Assembly: GCA_963717505.1 (NCBI GenBank)
Contig: OY970342.1
Location: forward strand, 2,176,001 to 2,240,000
From: Candidatus Eiseniibacteriota bacterium
GTDB lineage: Bacteria > Eisenbacteria > RBG-16-71-46
Direction of reading: 5' to 3'
DNA: 64,000 bases
Shown here piece by piece: positions 49,452-58,443 of the stretch. The first letter of the stretch is position 1; each line of letters starts with the position of its first letter. Both the position numbers and the translations under genes were made by a program. The notes under the pieces are model-generated. The model had not been told where the DNA came from. It did not search any database and worked only from the letters and a program-made list of their open reading frames with translations.

Positions 49452-50765
49452 ATGATGCGTTTTTGTTCTTCGCTTGCGGTCGCGCTTCTCGCGACGACCT
49501 TGGTTGGCTCTGCAGGTGCGGATTGGGTCAGCACCAACGGACCCTCCGGCTCGGTCACTCAGGCACTTACGTTCGGCGACGGCGGAACGAGACTCGTCGC
49601 CGGTACCTTCGGCGGTGGAATTCGGCTCGCCTCCGCCGACTTCACCAGCTGGACTGCGGCGAGCGACGGGCCATCGGGCTCGGTGCTTTCGCTCGCAACG
49701 GGAACGAATGAATTCGGCGGCGAGGTCGCGATCGCGGGCACCCAGGACGCCGGCGTCTACGCGTCGTGGAATGGCGGTACAACGTGGTTGGCGGTGAACA
49801 CCGGGCTGACCGAGCCCACGGTTCCTGCGCTGATTGCCATCCGCGACGCCTACTTCGGCTTCGGAATGGTGCTCCTTGCGGGATCCGAGGCGGGCGCCTT
49901 TCGTTCCAATGGTGGGGCGAACATTCAGTGGACGCCGCGCAACGGCGGATTGACGAGCCCGGTCATGCAAGCCCTGGTCTCGGTTCCAGGCGGCGACGAG
50001 AACGACGGGATCGGCGCGCGCGACGTGTTTGCCGGGACCACCGGCGGCGTGTTCTTCACCACCGACGGCGTGACCTGGCAGTCGAAGAGCAGCTCCGGCC
50101 TTACGAGCACGAATGTGGTGTCACTCGCGACCACCTCGACCGGACCGTTCGATTGGACGCTCTATGCCGGAACCTCGACCGGCGTGTTCCGCTCCACCAA
50201 TCTCTATGGCGCCTGGAGCGCCACCGGCAGCGGACTCTCGGGCGCGGTGCAGGCGATGCTGGGTGTCGGCAGCCGACTGTTCGTCGGTACGTCGAGTGGC
50301 GGTGTGTTCACGTCGACTGACGCGGGCGACACTTGGACCGCGGTCAACAGCGGACTGCCCGACCTCGAGATCACGGCACTCGCCAGCAATGGCGTCGATC
50401 TGTTTGCAGCGACTGGCGACGGAGTCTTCCGGCGTCCGCTCGCCGAGTTCGACGCGACGACGTCGGTGGAGAGCGGCGTCGCCCCGGGCGTGGCTCTCGG
50501 CGTGCCGAGCCCCAATCCGTTCACATCGTCGCTGCTGGTGAACTTCAACTTGGAATCGGCGGGCAACGTGAGCCTCGCAGTCCTCGATGCGCAGGGCCGA
50601 AGCGTGGCGCGGTTGTCCACGGGCGTCCACGCCGCGGGAACACATCAGGCGACGTGGAATGGCCGCGACGACTCCGGGGCGCCGGTCCGAGCCGGCGTGT
50701 ATTTCCTCAGGCTCGAGAGCCGGGGACAGATCGCGGCAAGCACGCGGATTGCGCTGATTCGATAG
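49452..50765 (+). CDS. secreted beta-propeller (BNR/Asp-box-like) protein with FlgD-Ig C-terminal domain
   Basis: signal peptide; repeats AGT..GV..S..GG.TW...N.GL; PNPF...DAQGR...WNGRD..G..V.AGVYF. Confidence 0.85.
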   Translation: MMRFCSSLAVALLATTLVGSAGADWVSTNGPSGSVTQALTFGDGGTRLVAGTFGGGIRLASADFTSWTAASDGPSGSVLSLATGTNEFGGEVAIAGTQDAGVYASWNGGTTWLAVNTGLTEPTVPALIAIRDAYFGFGMVLLAGSEAGAFRSNGGANIQWTPRNGGLTSPVMQALVSVPGGDENDGIGARDVFAGTTGGVFFTTDGVTWQSKSSSGLTSTNVVSLATTSTGPFDWTLYAGTSTGVFRSTNLYGAWSATGSGLSGAVQAMLGVGSRLFVGTSSGGVFTSTDAGDTWTAVNSGLPDLEITALASNGVDLFAATGDGVFRRPLAEFDATTSVESGVAPGVALGVPSPNPFTSSLLVNFNLESAGNVSLAVLDAQGRSVARLSTGVHAAGTHQATWNGRDDSGAPVRAGVYFLRLESRGQIAASTRIALIR

Positions 50766-50960
50766 AGGTCCCTGGACGGGGCCCGGCAACGAGCAATAGT
50801 GGCATTCTGGCCGGAAACAGTGCTCCCTGAGAGCGAGAATTGACTCGGGCCAGGGCCGAAAACCCGCGATTACGCTAGGGTTCGCGGGTCTCCGGGGCGT
50901 AGCCTCAATCCGTCCACAACCTCCTCATAGCGCACCGCGCTCTTCCCCGGAGGGGCCGCC

Positions 50961-53900
50961 ATGAAGTCTCGTGTTCGTATAGCGCTCGCTTGTTTCCTCG
51001 TATTCGCCGCGTCGATGACACACGCCGATACCACACCACTCCCGATCCTCTCGTGGGGAAGTTTCGGCAACGCCCCCGGGCAGTTCTACAACGCGCAGGG
51101 ACTCGCGGTCGACGGCACGGGCCGCGTCTACGTGGTCGACGTGAACCTCAATCGCGTCCAGGTATTCAGCCGCACCGGCTTCTTCCTCTTTCAGTGGGGT
51201 GTTTCCGGCTCGGGGAACGGTCAGTTCCAGGGCCCGATCGGTGTTGCAGTCGATCCCGCCGGCAACGTCTACATCACCGATGGCTCCAATCAACGCGTGC
51301 AGAAGTTCACCGGCGAAGGCGAGTACATCACGCAATGGGGTGTGTCGGGGTCCGGACCGGGAGAGTTCTCTCAGCCGACCGGAATCGCGACTGACGACGA
51401 TGGCCACGTCTTCGTGGCCGACATGTACAACTACCGCATCCAGAAATTCACCGACACCGGCGACTTCCTCGCGCAATGGGGCGCCTACGGCGGCGGTCCG
51501 GGCGAGTTCGCCAATCCCAACGGCATTGCCACCGACCCCGATGGCAACGTCTATGTCACCGATACATACAGCTATCGCGTCCAGAAATTCGACAACGCGG
51601 GAACATTCCTGACTCAGTGGGGGTCGTACGGCGCGGGCGAGGGGCAGTTCTCCTCGCCGATTGGCATTGCGGCTGACGACAGCGCCGTCTACGTCGTGGA
51701 GCAACAAAACCAACGAGCCCAGAAGTTCTCGCACGACGGGGAGTTCATTCTCAAATGGGGATCGCCGGGCAGCTCCCTGGGCCGCTTCAACTATCCCTAC
51801 GGCCTGGCACTTGACGACTCGAGCAACGTGTACATCACCGATTCGGGCTACCGCATACAGAAGTTCGGTCGACGGGTGACCGCGCGGATTTCCGTCCCCG
51901 GCGATTTCAGCACTATTGGCCAGGCGATTCTTGCCGCGGGCTTTGGGGACACCATCGTGGTCGATCCGGGCGTCTACTACGAGCAGGTCAATACCCAGGG
52001 TAAGGCGATGGTGCTCGCGAGTCGGTTCGTCGATACGGGCGATCCGGCCGACATCGACAACACCGTAATCGACGGCCAGGGCTACGGGACGCCGCTGACC
52101 TGTTCTTCAAACGAAGACCTGGGAACGCACGTCGTCGGCTTCACGCTTCGCAATGGCCAGGGCTACTACGGAGGCGGAATCGCGTGCAATTCGGGCAGCC
52201 CGCGGCTCGAGCATCTGATCGTCCGAGGCAACGGAGCCTATCTCGGGGGTGGGGTCTTCATCGGGTTCAGCAGCGCTCCGGAGTTTCTGTCGTGCACCAT
52301 CGCCGGCAATCGGGCGAACACCGGAGGCGGAATCTTCAACTTCAGTTCGTCCGTCGTGGGCACTCCGACCCAGCGCTGCAACATCTACGACAACCGGAAT
52401 ATCTCCGGTCCGGACCTGGGCGCCGACCTCTACGGTCAGGGCTATCCCTCGACCGTGTACGTCGACACGTTCACGACCACGCGCTTCGACGAGGCTCAGG
52501 TCCATCCGACCGGGATCACCACCATCGACGCGTTGCACTCCCACTATCCCGAGATCTCGGCGCACGACATCTATGTCTCGCCCTCGGGCGACAACGGCAA
52601 CGACGGGCTCACGCCGGGATCCGCCCTCAGGAACATCTTCGCCGCGATCTTGCGCGCCGCGCCACTTCCAGGTGATTCGATCACCATCCACGTGGCGGCC
52701 GGACTCTACAGCCCATCTGCGAACGAGGAAAGGACGTTACATCCACGCAGCTTCGTGTCGGTGGCCGGCGAGGACAGCGGCACGACCATCGTCGACGGCG
52801 ACTCGCAGATCGGGATGGTCTACTGCGATCGGGACAGCGTCTTCGATCTGTCGAATCTCACGTTCCGAAACGGCATCATGGCCGGCGGCGCGATTCACGT
52901 CGAGCGGTCGAGCCCACGCATCACGCGCTGCGTCATCCGGGCGCACATCTCCTATTCGACGAACCCAGGCGACGCCGGGATCTACTGCGTGAACGCGTCG
53001 AATCCCACCATCCAGGAATGCACGTTCGCCGAAAACTATGGCCCCGGCATCTGGTGCGAGCAGTCGAGTCATCCCACGATCCGAGACAACCTGTTCGTGG
53101 CCAATGCCCGCGGCGGCGTGATGTGTGGTTCGGGGTCGTCCCCCGTGATCGAAGGGAACACGATCATTGGCGCACCCGGGGGGTATGGTAGCGGCATCGA
53201 GGTCAGGGACTTTTCCAACGCGTGGATCTACGGCAACACCATCGTCGGGAACAGCGCCGCGCGTGGTGGCGGTATTGCGGTCAACTATGCCGACCCGGTG
53301 ATTCGCGGCAACACGCTCGTGGGGAACGTGGCCTCCAGCGGGTTCGGCGACCACGGCGGGGGCGGGATCTGGTGCCAGGATTCGCACGCGGTCATCGACT
53401 CGAATCGATTCGAGGGGAATCGCGCGACCGGGTCGCTGCCCGAGGGCGGGGCCGTGTTCTGCAAGTACCAGGGTCCGACGATCACGCGCAACACCTTCGT
53501 CGACAACGTGGCGCAGGACACGGTGGGATATCTGTTCGCGATTGGCCGTGGCGGCGCGATCTTCATCCAGTTGTCGAACCCGGTGATCGGTGGCGGGCCG
53601 GGCCTGGGAAACACGTTCTCCGGAAACTTCGCCGTCGTCGGCGCCGACCTCTATTGGACCTCGAGCTTCGCCGAAGCGCAGCACGCTCCAATCGCAAGCG
53701 AAGCCCATCACCCGTCGGAGTTCGTCACGGCGGCGCCCGTCGCGGCGTCGGCGCTGAACGGGGTTTCGATCGATGCGACCTTCAACCACTTCCGCGTCTA
53801 CCCCGTCACGGCCTACTACGCAACACCGCTCTCGGCCTTCAACCTGAGCGACGGTACCGGCGACGTGGCTCCATTCGCAGAAGATGCCTATGTCTCGCCG

Positions 53901-55454
53901 ACCGGGGACGATGGCAATACGGGAACCAGCCCCGACTCTCCCCTCCGAACGATCCAATCGGCGTTGAGTCGCATGCTGACGACGTCGGGCACGCCGCACG
54001 CCGTCCACGTGGCGGCCGGAACGTACTCGCCGTCGTTGACCGGTGAGCGATTCCCGGTGCCGATGCCGAGCTATGCCTCATTGCGCGGCGCAGGCTCGCG
54101 GGAGTCGATCCTGGATGCCGAGGGCACCGCCACCGTCGTCGTGCTGGACGGGGTCACCGACGTCACGATCTCAGGCCTGCGTATGCAAGGTGGCAGGGCC
54201 GGTGCGGGCGGCGGAGTCTTCTGCCGCGCCAGCGCGTGCAGCCTGCTCGACAACGCGATTCGCGGGAACACGGCGAGCCTGGGCGGCGGCATCTACTGCA
54301 CTCAGGGCGGAGCCGCGATCGTCGCCAACAATCAAATCGTCATGAATCGGGCCAGCGGCCCGAGCGGCTATGCGCGAGTCGGCGGTGGGCTCACGGCCAA
54401 CGACCACGCGAATGTCGAGCTGACCAACAATGTGATCGCGCTCAACATCGCGGGCGAACAGGGCGGCGGGCTGGTGATCTGGAACCAGTCGACCGCCAGG
54501 ATGGTGAACAACACGGTCGCGTTCAATCTGGCCAATGTCAACGGCGGCGCCCTCAACATCTTCGATTCACCGGTCGAGATCCGGAACAGCATCCTGCACA
54601 GCAATGTGTCGGGGGTCGGCGGTCAGATCTCGGGAGCAGCACCGAACGTTACCTATTCGAACGTGGAAGGCGGTTGGCCCGGCACCGGCAACTTGAATGT
54701 CGATCCGCTGTTCGACGAGGCGGCGTTCCTGCATCTCGGGCCCGGCTCGCCGTGCATCGACGCCGGCGACCCCACGGCCACCGAGAACGATCCGGAGGAT
54801 CCATCGCTGCCGGGCATGGCGCGACTTCCGGCACTCGGCACGGTGTGCAACGACATGGGCGCCTTCGGCGGACCTGGAGCGGGAGGGAATCGAGGGGACG
54901 TCCCGACCGCGACGCTGCTTTCGCTGACTTCGGCTTCGGCCGGGCCCGAAGGGGTGAGCCTCACGTGGTATGGCGCCTTCGGGATGTTCTCCGACGTCGT
55001 TGTTCAGCGCCGCGCGCTCGACTCCGAGTGGATCGAGTTGGGACCGGCCACGGTCGAAGGCACAGGCGCGATCCGCTTCGTCGACACCGACGTCGAGGTC
55101 GGTGCGACGTTCCTCTATCGCCTCGAATACCAGATGGGCGGATACCGGCAAGTCACGGACGAAGTGTTGATCCGGATTCCGGCGGCTTCGACTTTCGCGC
55201 TGCGAGGGCTACGTCCCAATCCCGCGGTGGATGGGTTGGTGGTCGACTTCACGTTGCCGACGCGCGAGTCGGCGCGCATCGAGCTGCTCGATATCACGGG
55301 CCGGCGCGTGTTGTCGCGTGACGTGGGCCAGCTGGGCGCCGGGCGCCATTTGGTCGAGATCGGCAGGGTGGACCGTATGGCGCCGGGACTCTACTTCCTG
55401 CGCCTGCAGCAGGGGGGACGCTTCAAGACGGCGAAGGCGATTGTGGCTCGTTAG
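50961..55454 (+). CDS. secreted NHL-repeat plus parallel beta-helix (DUF1565/NosD-like) protein with C-terminal sorting-like domain
   Basis: six WG..G...G.F..P.G.A.D repeats; YVSP.G.DGN.G twice; N.A..GGG repeats; SPCIDAGDP; PNP...LDITGR...GLYF. Confidence 0.88.
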   Translation: MKSRVRIALACFLVFAASMTHADTTPLPILSWGSFGNAPGQFYNAQGLAVDGTGRVYVVDVNLNRVQVFSRTGFFLFQWGVSGSGNGQFQGPIGVAVDPAGNVYITDGSNQRVQKFTGEGEYITQWGVSGSGPGEFSQPTGIATDDDGHVFVADMYNYRIQKFTDTGDFLAQWGAYGGGPGEFANPNGIATDPDGNVYVTDTYSYRVQKFDNAGTFLTQWGSYGAGEGQFSSPIGIAADDSAVYVVEQQNQRAQKFSHDGEFILKWGSPGSSLGRFNYPYGLALDDSSNVYITDSGYRIQKFGRRVTARISVPGDFSTIGQAILAAGFGDTIVVDPGVYYEQVNTQGKAMVLASRFVDTGDPADIDNTVIDGQGYGTPLTCSSNEDLGTHVVGFTLRNGQGYYGGGIACNSGSPRLEHLIVRGNGAYLGGGVFIGFSSAPEFLSCTIAGNRANTGGGIFNFSSSVVGTPTQRCNIYDNRNISGPDLGADLYGQGYPSTVYVDTFTTTRFDEAQVHPTGITTIDALHSHYPEISAHDIYVSPSGDNGNDGLTPGSALRNIFAAILRAAPLPGDSITIHVAAGLYSPSANEERTLHPRSFVSVAGEDSGTTIVDGDSQIGMVYCDRDSVFDLSNLTFRNGIMAGGAIHVERSSPRITRCVIRAHISYSTNPGDAGIYCVNASNPTIQECTFAENYGPGIWCEQSSHPTIRDNLFVANARGGVMCGSGSSPVIEGNTIIGAPGGYGSGIEVRDFSNAWIYGNTIVGNSAARGGGIAVNYADPVIRGNTLVGNVASSGFGDHGGGGIWCQDSHAVIDSNRFEGNRATGSLPEGGAVFCKYQGPTITRNTFVDNVAQDTVGYLFAIGRGGAIFIQLSNPVIGGGPGLGNTFSGNFAVVGADLYWTSSFAEAQHAPIASEAHHPSEFVTAAPVAASALNGVSIDATFNHFRVYPVTAYYATPLSAFNLSDGTGDVAPFAEDAYVSPTGDDGNTGTSPDSPLRTIQSALSRMLTTSGTPHAVHVAAGTYSPSLTGERFPVPMPSYASLRGAGSRESILDAEGTATVVVLDGVTDVTISGLRMQGGRAGAGGGVFCRASACSLLDNAIRGNTASLGGGIYCTQGGAAIVANNQIVMNRASGPSGYARVGGGLTANDHANVELTNNVIALNIAGEQGGGLVIWNQSTARMVNNTVAFNLANVNGGALNIFDSPVEIRNSILHSNVSGVGGQISGAAPNVTYSNVEGGWPGTGNLNVDPLFDEAAFLHLGPGSPCIDAGDPTATENDPEDPSLPGMARLPALGTVCNDMGAFGGPGAGGNRGDVPTATLLSLTSASAGPEGVSLTWYGAFGMFSDVVVQRRALDSEWIELGPATVEGTGAIRFVDTDVEVGATFLYRLEYQMGGYRQVTDEVLIRIPAASTFALRGLRPNPAVDGLVVDFTLPTRESARIELLDITGRRVLSRDVGQLGAGRHLVEIGRVDRMAPGLYFLRLQQGGRFKTAKAIVAR

Positions 55455-56388
55455 CCTGTTCCGCGAAGAACTCGACGTGAACCGGCTTTCCGTCCACGAG
55501 TAGCGCCGCGCCCTTGAGGTTATCGGCCGTGAGGCGGACGTCCTCGCCGGTGCCTGGCGACTGGAATTGCTCCGTCTTGGCTTCCTGCAACCTGCGAAGC
55601 CAGTCTGCGATTGCCTGGCGATCGACCGTCTTCGACGAGTCCTGCGGTTCTTCGAGCGCATCGATGGCGTACGAGCGAATCAGCTTGGGCCACAGCTTGA
55701 CCAAGGTCTCGGGCGAGTCGAAGAGATCACCTCCCACGATGCGGTCCCCGATGGCGAACACGACCCCGTAGGCGTCGTCCGGAGCAGAAAACCGATCCTC
55801 GATCTCCTTCAGGAGCTTCTCGTGATCCTCGAAGACCTGGTGCAGAGCCTGGGACGCCGACGGCGACTTCATGGCTAACATCTTGCGCGACACCTCGCTC
55901 CAGACACCGAGCTGGTCAGACTTGGGTGTTCCCCCGACCTTGTACGCCAAAGTCGCGGAGTCATGAACCATGGATCGCAGCTTGCTGTGCGATGAATAGC
56001 CGGATGACTTCAGGTGTCGGGATAGATACGACCAGCGTCCCTGCTCGACGCAACTCACGGGGATCGGCAGCTCCTGTTCCGCCGGCACCATGATGCTGAC
56101 GTTGATGATGCGGTTCTGCTTGGCTCCGATCAGCTCCTCGCCGGCCATGACGAAGATCGGTCGGGGGCTGTTGTTCTTCACCAGCAAGTCGGGGACGCTG
56201 CCGCCGGTCGAGACCTCGGTGATCTCGATCGAATTGGTCTCCAGGGCCTCGTCGAGCGTCATGTAGTCGACGGCCTTCGAGCCCTTCCAACGAATCGCGA
56301 AGCATTGGAGGCCACTGGCCTCTTTCGGGTCGCTGGACTCGAGTGTCGAGAGACTCTCGAGAAGCTGATCGATCTGTGCGGTAGGCAT
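55423..56388 (-). CDS. ARPP-1/DUF6569-like protein
   Basis: ITEVS.GGSVPDL, GEELIGAKQNR, PVSCVEQGRW, DQ..VW, LW.KLIRSYAIDA. Confidence 0.7.
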   Translation of the reverse strand: MPTAQIDQLLESLSTLESSDPKEASGLQCFAIRWKGSKAVDYMTLDEALETNSIEITEVSTGGSVPDLLVKNNSPRPIFVMAGEELIGAKQNRIINVSIMVPAEQELPIPVSCVEQGRWSYLSRHLKSSGYSSHSKLRSMVHDSATLAYKVGGTPKSDQLGVWSEVSRKMLAMKSPSASQALHQVFEDHEKLLKEIEDRFSAPDDAYGVVFAIGDRIVGGDLFDSPETLVKLWPKLIRSYAIDALEEPQDSSKTVDRQAIADWLRRLQEAKTEQFQSPGTGEDVRLTADNLKGAALLVDGKPVHVEFFAEQANEPQSPSPS

Positions 56389-56425
56389 GGGCGGGAGGAT
56401 ACCGCAAGTGGCGTGGTGAAGTCCC

Positions 56426-57310
56426 CTACTTTGGGCCCGCCTCGGGGTGGGTTTCCAGGCCAATGGGCAGCGTGATCGCGAGGGCGACCACCAGCACCGC
56501 ATAGGCCGCCGCGATGATCAGCCGCTGAGTGCCGGAGATCGCGTCGTATCCCGGAATCGGGTTTCGCCAGCGCTGCCAGAGCGTGAAGAGCCCGACGGCG
56601 AGCACGATCAACAGCAGGGCCGACTGAGTCACGACGAACGCGAGCACGCCGAGCGCGTAACCCGCGATCCAGAACGCCCGGCTGAAGGCCCCCGCAATGC
56701 GGCCGCCGTCGAGTGGCGAGACCGGAATCAGGTTGAACAGATTGAGCATGATGCCCGCATGGCCGAGCGTGACGAGCATCGGCTGTTGCGCCACGAGTCC
56801 GGCCGCGAGCACCGCCCATGCGCCGAGCGAACCCAGAATGGGCCCGCCGATTGCGACCTTGGCTTCGACGTACGCATCGCGCGGCTGCCCGCGCATCGCG
56901 ATGAACGCCCCGAGGAAGGGAATGAACACCGGCGCACCGGCGGGAATGCCCTCTCGACGAAGCACGATCCAGTGCCCGAGTTCGTGAACGAAGATCAGGA
57001 GGACGATGCCGACCGCAAACGGCCAGCCCCATTCGAGTCCGTAAAGACCGATGCTCAGCAGCATCGTCCCCAGGGTCTTGAGTTTCAGGACCCCGGCGAG
57101 AATCCCGAGGAACTTGAACTTCGAGAGCAGGAACACGAGTGCCGCGCCGGCGCCGCCGAGCAGGGTGTTGCGGGTGCGATGGTGGGCGTCTGCCTTGGGC
57201 TGCTCGGCGCTCGCGGGTCGACCTGGCGCCTTGGCGCTCGACGCCGCGAGCAATGCGCGGAGGTTCTCGATGCGCTTCTGTTGTTCCGCTTCCGTGTTCG
57301 GGTCGCTCAT
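56426..57310 (-). CDS. site-2 protease (M50) family
   Basis: FVHELGH, FIPFLGA, GGP, NLFNLIPVSPLDGGR. Confidence 0.9.
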   Translation of the reverse strand: MSDPNTEAEQQKRIENLRALLAASSAKAPGRPASAEQPKADAHHRTRNTLLGGAGAALVFLLSKFKFLGILAGVLKLKTLGTMLLSIGLYGLEWGWPFAVGIVLLIFVHELGHWIVLRREGIPAGAPVFIPFLGAFIAMRGQPRDAYVEAKVAIGGPILGSLGAWAVLAAGLVAQQPMLVTLGHAGIMLNLFNLIPVSPLDGGRIAGAFSRAFWIAGYALGVLAFVVTQSALLLIVLAVGLFTLWQRWRNPIPGYDAISGTQRLIIAAAYAVLVVALAITLPIGLETHPEAGPK

Positions 57311-57921
57311 GCCGCGGGGCTGGGCGGAAGCTTGAAGGGCTTGGGAATCTTCCAGGCTTCGTAGACCACGATCGCGAGGAACACCAGGTCCATCACCCCG
57401 AATCCGACCCCGATCACGCGAATCAACTGGTCGAGGCTCTGGGGTGGGAAGCCGATGCGGTACGCCTCGCCTTCTGCAGCAAACGCCCGGTTGACGAACG
57501 TGGCATTCACGAAATAGGTCGCGCCGGCGTAGCTGGCGAGCGCGACGATGATGGAGAGGATCTGCAGTCCGCCCGAGCGCTTGCCACCGGCGAATCGGAC
57601 CGCCCCGTGCCCGACCAGGAACCCGATCACCACCGCCAACAGGCCGACCGACCAGTTGGTGGCCACGGTGAATCCCCACCACGCCGCGCCACCAACGGCG
57701 CCGCCCAGGACGGCTCCGGCCGTGGCGTTGATGTAGTTGATGTCCGAGGATTGGGCGGCAACCGCCTGCTCCAGTTCCGCACGGAGGGACGCATGGCACG
57801 TGCGGCAGAACGCGCGGTCCCCGACGGCGACGCGGTCGTCGGGAGTCAGGGTCTTCGAACATTGCGCGCACGTCGCCAAGCCCGCGTCGGGCACGCTGGT
57901 TTCGTTCACCTGTTCGCTCAC
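57307..57921 (-). CDS. membrane protein with N-terminal Zn-ribbon
   Basis: CAQC...CRTC followed by several Gly-rich TM helices; translationally coupled to the M50 gene. Confidence 0.65.
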   Translation of the reverse strand: MSEQVNETSVPDAGLATCAQCSKTLTPDDRVAVGDRAFCRTCHASLRAELEQAVAAQSSDINYINATAGAVLGGAVGGAAWWGFTVATNWSVGLLAVVIGFLVGHGAVRFAGGKRSGGLQILSIIVALASYAGATYFVNATFVNRAFAAEGEAYRIGFPPQSLDQLIRVIGVGFGVMDLVFLAIVVYEAWKIPKPFKLPPSPAA

Positions 57922-58086
57922 GAGGAACTCCCTTCCGTGGGGCCGCGATCGAGCGGTTCGCTGCACTGCCGATCCGCGCGGCCGGGGTCGCAGTGTCGTT
58001 CAGGGCGAGCGAGAGGGTATTCGCCGGACGCGCGCGGTACAATCGAATTCGCGAGGCCGGTCGTAGGGGTAAATAGGAGGCGCTTC

Positions 58087-58383
58087 ATGACGTCCACCAT
58101 CGTGATCCAGCATCCAGTAGCCGATTTCCAGACGTGGAAGAAGATGTTCGACAGTGATCCGCTCGGTCGGGCGCAGAACGGTGTCACCGGGCACTCGATC
58201 TATCGGACGGCGGACTCCAACCTGGTCGTCATCCACCTCGAGTTCGCATCGCGCCAGCAGGCGGAGGTCTATCTTCCGAAACTGCGAGAGCTGTGGAAAC
58301 GAGTGGGCGACAAGGTCGGCTTTGCTGACGCCGGAGGTGTTCAGGCGGGGATCTTCGACCAGGTGGAGAGGGTGGCCTACTGA
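58087..58383 (+). CDS. small hypothetical protein (dimeric alpha/beta-barrel-like)
   Basis: AGGAGG RBS; IQHPVADFQTWK..FD, IYR...N.V.I.LEF. Confidence 0.7.
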   Translation: MTSTIVIQHPVADFQTWKKMFDSDPLGRAQNGVTGHSIYRTADSNLVVIHLEFASRQQAEVYLPKLRELWKRVGDKVGFADAGGVQAGIFDQVERVAY

Positions 58384-58443
58384 ATGACGCGGTCATCCTC
58401 CGTCTGGGGGATGGCCGCGCCAGTCCTACGACGTCACCTCGTC

